Shown here: one piece after another, positions 24,633 to 32,541 of the stretch
Numbering within the stretch: the stretch's first letter is position 1
Layout of the letters: the number at the start of each line of letters is the position of its first letter
Source: a virus
Lineage: Duplodnaviria; Caudoviricetes
Direction: 5' to 3' (one strand)
Virus record (IMG/VR): IMGVR_UViG_3300048576_000538
Coordinates: 1-32,541 of that record
Length of the DNA stretch: 32,541 nucleotides
Position numbers and translations under genes: made by a program
The notes under the pieces: model-generated
Databases searched by the model: none
The model's input: the letters and a program-made list of their open reading frames with translations, nothing else
Told to the model about the DNA's origin: nothing

Positions 24633-25595
24633 TCAACATATTACTATTTTAAGCGCGTCGTTTAGTTTGTCTCTAAATTCCAATTCGAGTGGCGCTTTAA
24701 GCACCCGTATTTGCTCCTTAAAATCATCCCACTCGAACTGCACAAACTCGCGGATGTCGCGAAATCGGCGCTCGGTGAGCCTTCCCGCTCGCAAATCATC
24801 CCTTGCCTTATTCAGCACGTACTCGGTGCCCTGTAGAATGATGTCCTTGCATAGCGCTATTTTGCGCTGGTGGGTTCCGCGTGGGGCCTCAACAACGGGT
24901 TCGAATTGCGCCGTTCGCCAATCCTTTAAAAAGTTGTCCGCTATCTTTCGGATGCTCTTCGCGGCAAACAGATCGGCTACCGTTGTTTTCTCCACGCGCC
25001 GTTGTGTGGTTTCGATGCGTAGAATGTTGGGGATGCTTGGCGGCGCATCGTTCCGGGCCTTATCCAGCATTTCGTGCACCTTATCGTAGGCTTTGTATGT
25101 TTTCTTGATGTGCCGATGAAAAACGGTTGTCTTTATCCGCTCGCCCTTGTATCGCGGATTCACGAACATGGGGCGGCGGCTGTCGATGCTGCCAATGGTT
25201 AGCAGCTGGTCTATGTACTCTTTACAGTCCTTACTCATGTAAAGGTTTAGCCCTACCTCGTAGTAGGTAACGTTTAGGCTTTGCAGGTCTATGCCTGTTT
25301 TGTCCTTAAGCATAGCGAGGCTGGCGGCTGCATTCGAAAAGCTAAACTGGTCGAAGTTGGTTTGTCGCCCCGTGGTTACGTAGCTGTAGTACTTGTGCAG
25401 GCTACATTCCAACTTTAGCGTGTTTACCCTTCCCGTGTCGATACGCAGGTAATACCCGTGCTTAAACTTCTCCTTTTCGTTATCGTAGTAGGGCACACCG
25501 TCCTTATAATTGGTTTTAAGGTGGTTTTCCTCTACAATCCTTAACAAGTCCACTGCCGCTATGCCTTTCTTTGTCATGGTAATAAGGTCGAACAT
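24633..25595 (-). CDS. Replication initiator, phage/plasmid gene II/X-like (rolling-circle) family
   Basis: MFD start, SLHKYY..G..N...F, YEVGLNL, YKAYDK, ILRIET motifs. Confidence 0.65.
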   Translation of the reverse strand: MFDLITMTKKGIAAVDLLRIVEENHLKTNYKDGVPYYDNEKEKFKHGYYLRIDTGRVNTLKLECSLHKYYSYVTTGRQTNFDQFSFSNAAASLAMLKDKTGIDLQSLNVTYYEVGLNLYMSKDCKEYIDQLLTIGSIDSRRPMFVNPRYKGERIKTTVFHRHIKKTYKAYDKVHEMLDKARNDAPPSIPNILRIETTQRRVEKTTVADLFAAKSIRKIADNFLKDWRTAQFEPVVEAPRGTHQRKIALCKDIILQGTEYVLNKARDDLRAGRLTERRFRDIREFVQFEWDDFKEQIRVLKAPLELEFRDKLNDALKIVIC

Positions 25596-25816
25596 TACAT
25601 TACTGTTTCGCCTACTACCTTTGCCGTATCAAAGCAAAGGCGTATTATTTTATAGTCGCCCCTGTTGGCTGGCTTAATTTTTGCCAGCACCCAGCGCCTA
25701 AGCTTATCGTCGGTGGGCTTGTCGAGTTCGGTAAACATCTGATGGCTAAACACCATCTTTTGCTTGGTTTTGATGTTTAGCACCTCAACATCGCCAAAGT
25801 AGATTTTATGACCCAT
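25595..25816 (-). CDS. Hypothetical protein
   Basis: 73 aa, TAATG-coupled to rep. Confidence 0.6.
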   Translation of the reverse strand: MGHKIYFGDVEVLNIKTKQKMVFSHQMFTELDKPTDDKLRRWVLAKIKPANRGDYKIIRLCFDTAKVVGETVM

Positions 25817-25827
25817 GGTGCGGGTGG

Positions 25828-26118
25828 TTATATATCGCCCTGCTTTAGCAGCTGGTCGATGTCCGAGCGCTTAACCTGTACCTTGGTGTACTTGCGGCGC
25901 TGCAGCTTAATGGTAGGTATCACCCCGCTATCCGCTAGGCGCTCGAATGTGGAGCGCGAAATACCTAGCGTTCGGCAAACCTCAGCAGGGGTTAGTAGAT
26001 CGTTTTTGCGCTGGCCGCTTTGTGCCAGCAGCAGGTCGCGGGTTTCCGCGAGCAAGGCTTTCAACTCGTTCCACTCCGATAGCGGAACGGCTAATGTGGC
26101 TTGTTGAGTGTTGTCCAT
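25828..26118 (-). CDS. Excisionase-like HTH_17 protein
   Basis: LLTPAEVCRTLGISRSTFERL...G.I..KRSDI. Confidence 0.85.
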   Translation of the reverse strand: MDNTQQATLAVPLSEWNELKALLAETRDLLLAQSGQRKNDLLTPAEVCRTLGISRSTFERLADSGVIPTIKLQRRKYTKVQVKRSDIDQLLKQGDI

Positions 26119-26164
26119 TTCTTTTGTTGCTAATAGTTAATCCCTGAGTGGTAGTAGAGTCGGC

Positions 26165-26500
26165 TTAATCGTCAATTGCCTTTCTCATCAAAAGCACAAC
26201 CTCGGATGTTGCAAACGTCTTTTGTTTTGTCACTATTAGATGTCGCTTGTTTTCTGACAAATAAGAACACCTGCAAACCTCAACCTCCTCCATTGTTTTT
26301 GTTAATCTTATTTTTGTTTCACCCTTCGTGTACATGATTCTGTTTTTTAAACCAAATCCAGAAAAACAAAAGGTGTCACCTTGTCTTAATTTTGCCAATA
26401 CAGCGGCTTGATACAGAGGGTTGTTGGTTGTTGGTTGTTGGTTGTTGGTTGTTGGTTGTTGGTTGTTGGTTGTTGGTTGTTGGTTGTTGGTTGTTTTCAT
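26165..26500 (-). CDS. Hypothetical protein with N-terminal heptanucleotide repeat tract
   Basis: ORF is in frame through (AACAACC)11. Confidence 0.55.
   Translation of the reverse strand: MKTTNNQQPTTNNQQPTTNNQQPTTNNPLYQAAVLAKLRQGDTFCFSGFGLKNRIMYTKGETKIRLTKTMEEVEVCRCSYLSENKRHLIVTKQKTFATSEVVLLMRKAIDD
26419..26495. repeat. Simple sequence repeat (GGTTGTT)11
   Basis: 77 bp, 11 perfect copies. Confidence 0.95.
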
Positions 26501-26511
26501 AACTTTTCCTT

Positions 26512-26787
26512 TTAAGGTTTGCTTAGCATTTCGATCTTTTCGGCTTGTTGAAGCGCCTTAAGCTCGATAAATGAGTAGGTTACTTTTGCATTTCGTTCGC
26601 CCTCTTTAAGGCGCTTTATTAGCCCCTTGGCTTTCCAGTACTTTACCTTAGCCTCCCCGAACTTGCGGTAGGCTTCGCGCTGGCTTATCTCATCGCGCAA
26701 AACCCCAAGTTCCCGCGCCATGGTCGCCGCCCCTAGCTCAGCGGCACCCTGTAGCGCTTGCTTCAATTCGTAGGCATCCATTAGCAT
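26512..26787 (-). CDS. Xis/MerR-like small DNA-binding protein
   Basis: ISQREAYRKFG...VKYW..KGLI..YS..EL pattern. Confidence 0.55.
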   Translation of the reverse strand: MLMDAYELKQALQGAAELGAATMARELGVLRDEISQREAYRKFGEAKVKYWKAKGLIKRLKEGERNAKVTYSFIELKALQQAEKIEMLSKP

Positions 26788-27023
26788 TACCCAACCTCCT
26801 TACCCTTAAATTCGGCTATGAGCCTGCTAATAGCCTTTCCCGTGCTCTCGCCACTCCCGGCGGCTACTAGATTTCCCACCTGTGCCACTATCATAAATAT
26901 GGTTTGCTGCTTGTTGGGCATGTAGTGCGTTTGTACTAGTGTCACCTCAACATTAGCGGCTCCAAATTCGTCGCTTAGCATTTCCTTCGCCAAATCGACC
27001 ACGTTCTGAAAAATTGCAGACAT
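26787..27023 (-). CDS. Hypothetical protein
   Basis: 78 aa, TAATG-coupled. Confidence 0.55.
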   Translation of the reverse strand: MSAIFQNVVDLAKEMLSDEFGAANVEVTLVQTHYMPNKQQTIFMIVAQVGNLVAAGSGESTGKAISRLIAEFKGKEVG

Positions 27024-27042
27024 ACTTTAGCCTCCTATTTTT

Positions 27043-27405
27043 TTATTCTTTACTTCTTGTTCTTACCCTTGCCGATGTTGCTGTCTTTGCCCTTCCGGCT
27101 CTCGCTGTTCGTGCGTACTGACTACTATCCATCCAGCCTATTTGCACCATAACTAGCCCCAGCAGGCAAGCGGTTACGATTTGCCTCTTAAGCGGAGAGA
27201 GGTTCATGGAAATGTGAAAGCGGTTGCAGAAGTACCAAGCCGATATTTCGTTGATCTTTTGCAGGTGCAGCTTTTCCTTTGCAGATCGCAAAATGTTGTC
27301 AACCGTAAAGCGGCTAATGCCCAGCTGATCGGCCACCTCTTTTTGAGCCGCGCCCCACGCCACCAGCTCCACCACCTCTGCCTCGCGCTTAGTCAGCTTG
27401 CTCAT
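27043..27405 (-). CDS. LuxR-type HTH regulator with C-terminal hydrophobic/basic tail
   Basis: LTKREAEVVELVAWG...KEVADQLGIS..TV.N; start reassigned to ATG 27405. Confidence 0.85.
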   Translation of the reverse strand: MSKLTKREAEVVELVAWGAAQKEVADQLGISRFTVDNILRSAKEKLHLQKINEISAWYFCNRFHISMNLSPLKRQIVTACLLGLVMVQIGWMDSSQYARTARAGRAKTATSARVRTRSKE

Positions 27406-27658
27406 ACTGGTAGTCCCACCTAATGTTGTACTTGGCAAGCAGCATATCCATTACCTCCTTTTCGCGAGCGCTGAACTCGATTAGCCCGTTAACGCGGTTG
27501 TAGAAAGAGGCATTGTTTACAAAGCCAAACGTCTTTAGCACCTCGTCGCGGAGTGCAGACTTTTCCTTGCGGCTTAGCCCGTAGAAGCCTTTTTTGAAGC
27601 TATAGCGCTTTTCCGCTATTGTTGCGGTGTCGCTGTTGGTGTAGTTTTGTTGCGTCAT
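27389..27658 (-). CDS. Cro-like HTH protein
   Basis: YSFKKG..SFYNRVNG..E pattern; early gene divergent from the repressor. Confidence 0.6.
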   Translation of the reverse strand: MTQQNYTNSDTATIAEKRYSFKKGFYGLSRKEKSALRDEVLKTFGFVNNASFYNRVNGLIEFSAREKEVMDMLLAKYNIRWDYQYEQAD

Positions 27659-27713
27659 GCTATACAGTTTTATTGGTTAAATGCTACATTTGAGATTCAA
27701 AAAGTGTAGCCCT

Positions 27714-28103
27714 ATGATTTCTCCCGATCTTAAAGACCGTGCGTTGAAAAAAATTGTTGATGGTGGCATTGATGAAGACCATACCATCACGCATTATGCA
27801 TCCGAGCTAGAATGCTCGCCCGATGAGCTAAGGATGGTCATTAGAGACTTCGAAGCCCGACATCTCATTAGCACTACACGGGTTAAAGGAGATTGCGTAA
27901 TTGTCACCGCAGAAGTAAATGCCCACGACTTTGTTAGAAGGGGTGGATTTGCCGTGCAAGAAGAACTTCTTCAGAAGAATATAGAGAAGCTTCTGCTTGA
28001 AATTGAAAGCCTTAAACCCTCCATGCCCGACAGGGTGGAGAAGATCACCAGCATCATCGGAGGTATTTCTACCGCGCTCGGCTTCTTGTTTCCGAACAAG
28101 TGA
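27714..28103 (+). CDS. Accessory winged-helix-like protein with C-terminal hydrophobic tail, antisense to the early operon
   Basis: 129 aa from ATG 27714; own TACATTTG -7 element at 27685-27692. Confidence 0.65.
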   Translation: MISPDLKDRALKKIVDGGIDEDHTITHYASELECSPDELRMVIRDFEARHLISTTRVKGDCVIVTAEVNAHDFVRRGGFAVQEELLQKNIEKLLLEIESLKPSMPDRVEKITSIIGGISTALGFLFPNK

Positions 28104-28427
28104 TCTTAGGGTATCCGCTGTTTTGAGATAGCCATGGGTGCTAACCCATGCACCCATCGTTTTGTCGCGTAGGGCTTTTGCGATTTCGAAAAGCATTTCA
28201 AGATCGCGAATTGTTCCCTTCTCGCGATACATCTCTTTTCCGTTAACAGCTAGAACCCGGGTAACGCTTTCGACTAAAAGAAAATTACAACACGCTATTT
28301 CGGGTTCAACACATACGCAGTCTTTAAGTACTAGCTCTTCTGTAATCGTTATACTATTCGTCATGGTGCTATAGCGACTATTCGCTATTTCCCCGTTGCC
28401 GTCCTTCTCGTAGTTTTGTTGCGTCAT
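27828..28427 (-). CDS. Hypothetical protein sharing the MTQQNY N-terminus with the Cro-like gene; 3' part overlaps the + strand gene
   Basis: First ORF after the leftward promoter; the 276-bp antisense overlap makes it uncertain. Confidence 0.35.
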   Translation of the reverse strand: MTQQNYEKDGNGEIANSRYSTMTNSITITEELVLKDCVCVEPEIACCNFLLVESVTRVLAVNGKEMYREKGTIRDLEMLFEIAKALRDKTMGAWVSTHGYLKTADTLRSLVRKQEAERGRNTSDDAGDLLHPVGHGGFKAFNFKQKLLYILLKKFFLHGKSTPSNKVVGIYFCGDNYAISFNPCSANEMSGFEVSNDHP

Positions 28428-28520
28428 GCTATACAGTTTTAACTTTTATTGCTACATTTGATAGTTGAAACAGTCATGTTTTTCGGGACACTTCCCTTTT
28501 TGATGACGTTTTGTATAGCG

Positions 28521-28552
28521 CAAATATAAAGTTCTTTAGTTTTCTCAGCAAA
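28521..28552 (-). promoter_or_regulatory. Early lytic promoter (Bacteroidota sigmaA)
   Basis: TTTG-N20-TATATTTG on the minus strand. Confidence 0.75.
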
Positions 28553-28606
28553 CTTTTACTAAAGTTTTTGCTAAATATTTTTATTATTTCTGCTTATTAT
28601 TTGTTT

Positions 28607-29341
28607 ATGAACGAATTAGACAGAGTAAAACTTTTAATAAAACACCTAATCGCTTATGGTTTTGCAGAAAATCAAAAGGGAGTTGGTGTTTTATTGGGAT
28701 ACAATAACGAATCTTCTTTCTCTCAAATAATAAACGGAAAGGTAAAAACACCAAAGAACTTTATAAACAAACTAAAGAATATAGAACCCCGATTAAATAT
28801 AAACTGGTTGGAAACAGGAACAGGATCGATGTTGCTGGATTCCTCAACTGATACAGATACTAAAAGCAATGCTAAACCAATAATGATTAGTGAATTAAAC
28901 GTAACTATTGCCCCATTAATCGGGCAATACGCACAAGCGGGATATTTATGTGGATTCGCAGATAAAGAATACCTAGACAAGCAACCTATGTATGTTGCCA
29001 CTCAAAAATATTCCGGTGGTAACTATGTAGCATTCGAGATTAGAGGGGATAGCATGGATAACGATAGAAGAAATGCCATTTGCAATGGGGATGTTGTATT
29101 AGGACGCGAGCTATACCAGCACTACTGGACCGCCAAATTACACATACCAAAGGTGTTTATTATCGTACACCAAACCGAGGGCATACTGCTAAAGGAAATT
29201 ATCGATCACGATGTAGAGCGCGGCATTATTACCTGCCACTCCTACAACCCCGACAAGGAGCGCTATCCCGACTTTGAGCTACACCTAAAGGATATTCAGC
29301 AGTTATTCTATATGAAGGAGCTGCGGCGAGGAAATGACTAA
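28607..29341 (+). CDS. CI-like repressor (HTH + S24 peptidase)
   Basis: FSQIINGK, INWLETGTGSM, FEIRGDSM, ILLK; start reassigned to ATG 28607. Confidence 0.9.
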   Translation: MNELDRVKLLIKHLIAYGFAENQKGVGVLLGYNNESSFSQIINGKVKTPKNFINKLKNIEPRLNINWLETGTGSMLLDSSTDTDTKSNAKPIMISELNVTIAPLIGQYAQAGYLCGFADKEYLDKQPMYVATQKYSGGNYVAFEIRGDSMDNDRRNAICNGDVVLGRELYQHYWTAKLHIPKVFIIVHQTEGILLKEIIDHDVERGIITCHSYNPDKERYPDFELHLKDIQQLFYMKELRRGND

Positions 29342-29389
29342 CCTAAGATGAATTTGCACAAACGTCTAATAACCTAATAAATCTACACT

Positions 29390-29620
29390 ATGAAGAAAGA
29401 ACAAAAAGAAGTTTTCCCCATTCAGTTGCTTACTAAGATAGGCGCATGGGTTGTTGCTGTTTTCGGATTTTTATACTTGTTTGTAGAAGCAAATAAAGAA
29501 CAGTACTTTGAAGGACTCGCTGGTTTTGCGTTAGGAGCGGTTGGCTTTGGCGTACTTATGACTCTTGCAAAGATTGCCGATAGCCTAGACGAACTTAAAA
29601 AGGCTAATGCCGATAAATAG
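29390..29620 (+). CDS. Small two-TM membrane protein (lysogeny accessory)
   Basis: 76 aa, two hydrophobic helices; downstream of cI. Confidence 0.65.
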   Translation: MKKEQKEVFPIQLLTKIGAWVVAVFGFLYLFVEANKEQYFEGLAGFALGAVGFGVLMTLAKIADSLDELKKANADK

Positions 29621-29621
29621 T

Positions 29622-29646
29622 AAAAGCCCCATGTAGGGGCTTTTTT
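29622..29646 (+). terminator. Intrinsic terminator
   Basis: AAAAGCCCC-ATGTA-GGGGCTTTTTT. Confidence 0.8.
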
Positions 29647-29686
29647 GCTTCACAAATTCCATTAAACTACCTAACCCTAACATCCC

Positions 29687-30463
29687 ATGGGCTTTATTAT
29701 TGCATTTATATTTATTGCTCTTGTTTTTCTCCTTGGTAGCATAAAAAACAACAACTCCGAGACTCGCCCTTCTCAAGGAGGCACGTCTAAAACACTGTAC
29801 GAATCAAAAGGCATACGGAGCTTTGAAATGCGTGGAATGCACTACAGAGACTTACCTCTTAACGTGGCAGGTCGTTTCAGCGGCTATGTAATCGTAGAAG
29901 ATAACAGCCACGATAAATATGCTGTAGGCATTTACAATAAAAAGGACAGACTTTTAGGTTACGTACCGCGTGGAAATAAAAGGCTCCACGATTCGCTGCT
30001 AGAATGGCACGACGGTGAAGCGCTTGCATGGGGCTACTTAGACTACTCCGAAAACGGAGGCGAAATCTCATGGAATGGCGAGGTACACGTTCCTGTTGGG
30101 TATGATGAGGATGAAATAAAGCACCTAAAAGAGGCTATTCGCCTTGCCGAGCATCAGGATGTTGTTTTAGAAAATCCTACCGCGTCAATTCAGGATTACC
30201 TTTCAATACTTTCCAACCATAGAACTATTGAATTGCTTGTAGAAGAATTAGGCCTACCCAATACGCTTGATTATAGCCTTAGCAACTCAGTAATTCCAAG
30301 GTTAACAAAGTTTTTGGAAGATAAAAAGGATTGGGAAACGCTTGCAGAAATGGAGGTGTATGGCGATTTAATAGAACAGCTACCCCCTAAGTTTGCAGCT
30401 GCGGCACAAAAGAGAATAGATAGAGCAAAAGAGAAACTAGCGATTGCCGACAACCTAGCATAA
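29687..30463 (+). CDS. Membrane-anchored HIRAN-domain protein
   Basis: N-terminal TM; FEMRGMHYR, EDNSHDKYAVGIY, LGYVPR. Confidence 0.8.
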   Translation: MGFIIAFIFIALVFLLGSIKNNNSETRPSQGGTSKTLYESKGIRSFEMRGMHYRDLPLNVAGRFSGYVIVEDNSHDKYAVGIYNKKDRLLGYVPRGNKRLHDSLLEWHDGEALAWGYLDYSENGGEISWNGEVHVPVGYDEDEIKHLKEAIRLAEHQDVVLENPTASIQDYLSILSNHRTIELLVEELGLPNTLDYSLSNSVIPRLTKFLEDKKDWETLAEMEVYGDLIEQLPPKFAAAAQKRIDRAKEKLAIADNLA

Positions 30464-30464
30464 C

Positions 30465-30488
30465 AAAAGCCTCGATTGGGGCTTTTTT
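30465..30488 (+). terminator. Intrinsic terminator
   Basis: AAAAGCCTC-GATT-GGGGCTTTTTT. Confidence 0.75.
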
Positions 30489-30632
30489 ACTTCATAAATC
30501 CCACTACTCAGTAGTACTATTACACAGCAGTTGCACCATACACTACGGTTTATTATAGTTAAATCGTTGCAAATTTCCGCATTTTCCCCGCGTTTTTGCT
30601 GCAAATGTTAGTTGGCATCTAATTGCTGTTTG

Positions 30633-30640
30633 TATATTTG
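30633..30640 (+). promoter_or_regulatory. sigmaA -7 element (TATATTTG) for the two-gene cassette
   Basis: 27 nt upstream of ATG 30668. Confidence 0.6.
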
Positions 30641-30667
30641 CTAACACATTTTCTCAATACTTTAGTC

Positions 30668-30826
30668 ATGGAAAAGACAATCGCTCCAAAAATTGACAAG
30701 CAAAAGTTGGTTGAGATGTTTATTGAAGCTGTAAAGATCAAAAGAGAGTTTCGTCAACATTTTGCTAATGGTGGCACAATAAGTGAGTTTCGTGAAAAAA
30801 AGTCTAAGTTCTCTAAATCCCTATAA
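30668..30826 (+). CDS. Small basic protein (52 aa), possible antitoxin-like partner
   Basis: MEKTIAPK...; overlaps the next gene. Confidence 0.6.
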   Translation: MEKTIAPKIDKQKLVEMFIEAVKIKREFRQHFANGGTISEFREKKSKFSKSL

Positions 30827-31283
30827 TTTAGTAGATCAGGGGGACTTATACTTTACCTTTTCTACTTCTTCCAATAAAGAATACATTATTTCTTTCATCA
30901 ATACATTAAGCCCCCTACCCGGTGTTAACTGCTATACCTTCAATATTGCCCTAACTAATAATAGCCAATGCTCCGCGTCTGTTGACGCACGAATAGGTGA
31001 TACCGTTATTTTTAGCCTTACTCAGTTCCTTAAATTAAATCCTGACGATGTTATCTACTACATAACGGATAGTAGCGACGATAGGCATTTGGCTAGGTAT
31101 AGAAAGTTTAAGGCATGGGGTAATAATTTCAATAGCGAAAACTACAAGCACATTACCTTTTCGAGTAATACGGATGGTGAAAACTACGGCGGGGTAATTT
31201 ACCACATTAATGGATTATACAGCTCTGATTTAGTCCCATTACTTCCCGAACTTGTAAGAGAAGCGGAGAATTTATACAAGTAG
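30783..31283 (+). CDS. DUF6169-like protein
   Basis: PY....YF.F.T....Y.I.F, D.RI..TV, YITDSSD.RH.AR.RKF..W; exact start uncertain. Confidence 0.6.
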   Translation: MSFVKKSLSSLNPYNLVDQGDLYFTFSTSSNKEYIISFINTLSPLPGVNCYTFNIALTNNSQCSASVDARIGDTVIFSLTQFLKLNPDDVIYYITDSSDDRHLARYRKFKAWGNNFNSENYKHITFSSNTDGENYGGVIYHINGLYSSDLVPLLPELVREAENLYK

Positions 31284-31293
31284 TTGTTCAGGT

Positions 31294-32541
31294 CTAAATC
31301 GGCTCATTCAGGTAATCTAAAACCTTTCTGTTTGCCCTATCAATTATCGTAAAATCCTTTTTTATGTAGATGTCGGTAATTCTCATGCTCTCATCGGCAT
31401 GGTTAAGCGCGGTATGTACGGTGTACTTATCTACCTCGCAGTCGTTAACGGCAATGGTGGCCCAACTGTGGCGAGCGCTGTAAAACTCCAAGTCCTCAGC
31501 GCCTAATTTTTCACCAACCTGCTTTAGCCCTTTATTGATCGCGTCGTTAAATGTACCCTCGTCTGCATACATTCGGTAAAAGCAAAACACCCGCTCGCCT
31601 GTACTATCCTTGTACTTTTCGAGCAGTTCTAAAGCCTCGGGTTCTACCTTTATGCTTATTTCGGCAGCATCCGCTCGCCTATCCTTGGTTTTTGCCCGGT
31701 TGTAGGTAATTCGCCCGTTTTTGTAATCGGTACAGCCGTATAGGTCCGCTGAGTTCATTCCTACAAGGTAAAAGGATAGGATGTACATATCTCGCGCAAA
31801 TGTGGCGCGACGCTGCTTGCCTAATTCCAAATCCCTTATTTTCCGTATTACCTCAACGTCTAACGCTCGCTTTCGCGTGGCTGCTGGTTTTGGCACCTTA
31901 TACTTTGTAAACGGCGAAACTTTCACCCTTATAATGCCTAAATCTTCGTCGTTGTACTCTTCCTTCGCATCGTTAATAAGCGTTCGAAATGTGCCCGTAT
32001 AAAGGCTTACGCCGCGCCCCTGTACCTTTATGTCCAACTTGTCCGACTTTGCTGATTTGGTTGCCAGCAGCCAGCGCTCGTAATCGCGCATTAGCAATGC
32101 TGTAATTTCGTTTATTCCGATAGTTTCACGCCCTAGAAACCTCACCAGCGAATTTAAAGCAGCGTTGTAGTTCTTTGCGGAACCGTCGCGCCCTTCGCGC
32201 TTCAGCTGCTCTACCTTAGCCCTACCGTATGCTATAAAGTCTATTTCTTTATCCTGGGTGGTGCTGTTCTTTTTAATGAGATAGGTTTTCAGTTCATCCG
32301 CTGTCATTACCTCAACCTTAAGCCCTAACGCTCGCACATCATCGCGGTACTGCTTTACGATTGCCTCAATATCATCTTTGATGCTATCGCTTTTTACCTT
32401 GCCCGCTTTGGTGATATCGTCCTTAGTTAGATAGATATCCGTATTGATATACTTAAGCATTCGCTTGTGCGTCAATCGAATAATTACCCTTGCTGTGCCG
32501 TCCTCCTTGAGGTAGGGAATCTCTGCTTTAAATGTTGCCAT
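31294..32541 (-). CDS. int: Tyrosine integrase (arm-binding, SAM-like and catalytic domains)
   Basis: GMNSADL, RAKT, YSARHSWAT, ALNH, TDIY: Bacteroidota-type tyrosine recombinase. Confidence 0.95.
   Translation of the reverse strand: MATFKAEIPYLKEDGTARVIIRLTHKRMLKYINTDIYLTKDDITKAGKVKSDSIKDDIEAIVKQYRDDVRALGLKVEVMTADELKTYLIKKNSTTQDKEIDFIAYGRAKVEQLKREGRDGSAKNYNAALNSLVRFLGRETIGINEITALLMRDYERWLLATKSAKSDKLDIKVQGRGVSLYTGTFRTLINDAKEEYNDEDLGIIRVKVSPFTKYKVPKPAATRKRALDVEVIRKIRDLELGKQRRATFARDMYILSFYLVGMNSADLYGCTDYKNGRITYNRAKTKDRRADAAEISIKVEPEALELLEKYKDSTGERVFCFYRMYADEGTFNDAINKGLKQVGEKLGAEDLEFYSARHSWATIAVNDCEVDKYTVHTALNHADESMRITDIYIKKDFTIIDRANRKVLDYLNEPI

Larger units (their letters stand above)
27641..28461. 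repeat. Direct repeat pair (27641-27693 and 28410-28461), 769 bp apart
   Basis: 32 bp identical (GTAGTTTTGTTGCGTCATGCTATACAGTTTTA) plus a shared TGCTACATTTGA. Confidence 0.9.
1822..32541. mobile_element. Temperate siphovirus-like prophage (HK97-type head); the other att site is expected just beyond the window
   Basis: Integrase, repressor, replication, terminase, portal, capsid, tail and lysis modules, bounded on the left by a tRNA fragment. Confidence 0.95.

Noticed and set aside
790-26147. Numerous + strand ORFs in the track (e.g. 1997-2419, 13722-14204, 23048-23584)
   Set aside because: Antisense shadows of well-supported minus-strand genes, with no recognisable motifs
26419-26495. CRISPR array or genuine TTNNQQP protein repeat domain
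   Set aside because: Pure 7-bp tandem repeat without spacers; the peptide repeat is a by-product
28511-28606. N-terminal extension of the repressor ORF
   Set aside because: AT-rich promoter region; ATG 28607 is the likely start
30655-30663. CAATACTTT late-motif-like sequence
   Set aside because: No upstream A-tract; lies in the leader downstream of a host-type promoter

Overview
The window holds a compact (~30.7 kb visible, 1822-32541), apparently intact HK97-type siphovirus prophage in a Bacteroidota host, inferred from TAnnTTTG/TTTG promoters and A-rich leaders mostly lacking Shine-Dalgarno motifs. It is integrated in a tRNA-Arg(CCG) gene whose 3' half sits at 1822-1867, next to host proline dehydrogenase. 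From right to left: tyrosine integrase, accessory genes, CI-like repressor, Cro/LuxR/Xis early genes, a gene II/X-type (rolling-circle) Rep, small middle genes, packaging/head/tail genes and lysis genes. The most notable signal is an apparent self-contained late-transcription system. A divergent sigma-factor-like gene (18999-19628) lies just upstream of the terminase genes, and seven co-oriented copies of a bipartite motif (A7-9 - N9-10 - CAATACTTA, minus strand) sit in front of the late genes and of the sigma gene itself. Also notable: a protein with an RpoB-insertion-like N-terminus, an 11x7-bp phase-variation-type repeat upstream of xis/rep, a duplicated cro leader flanking a 769-bp cassette, and a thrice-repeated 18-bp palindrome. 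All family assignments come from motif recognition by eye; no searches were run.
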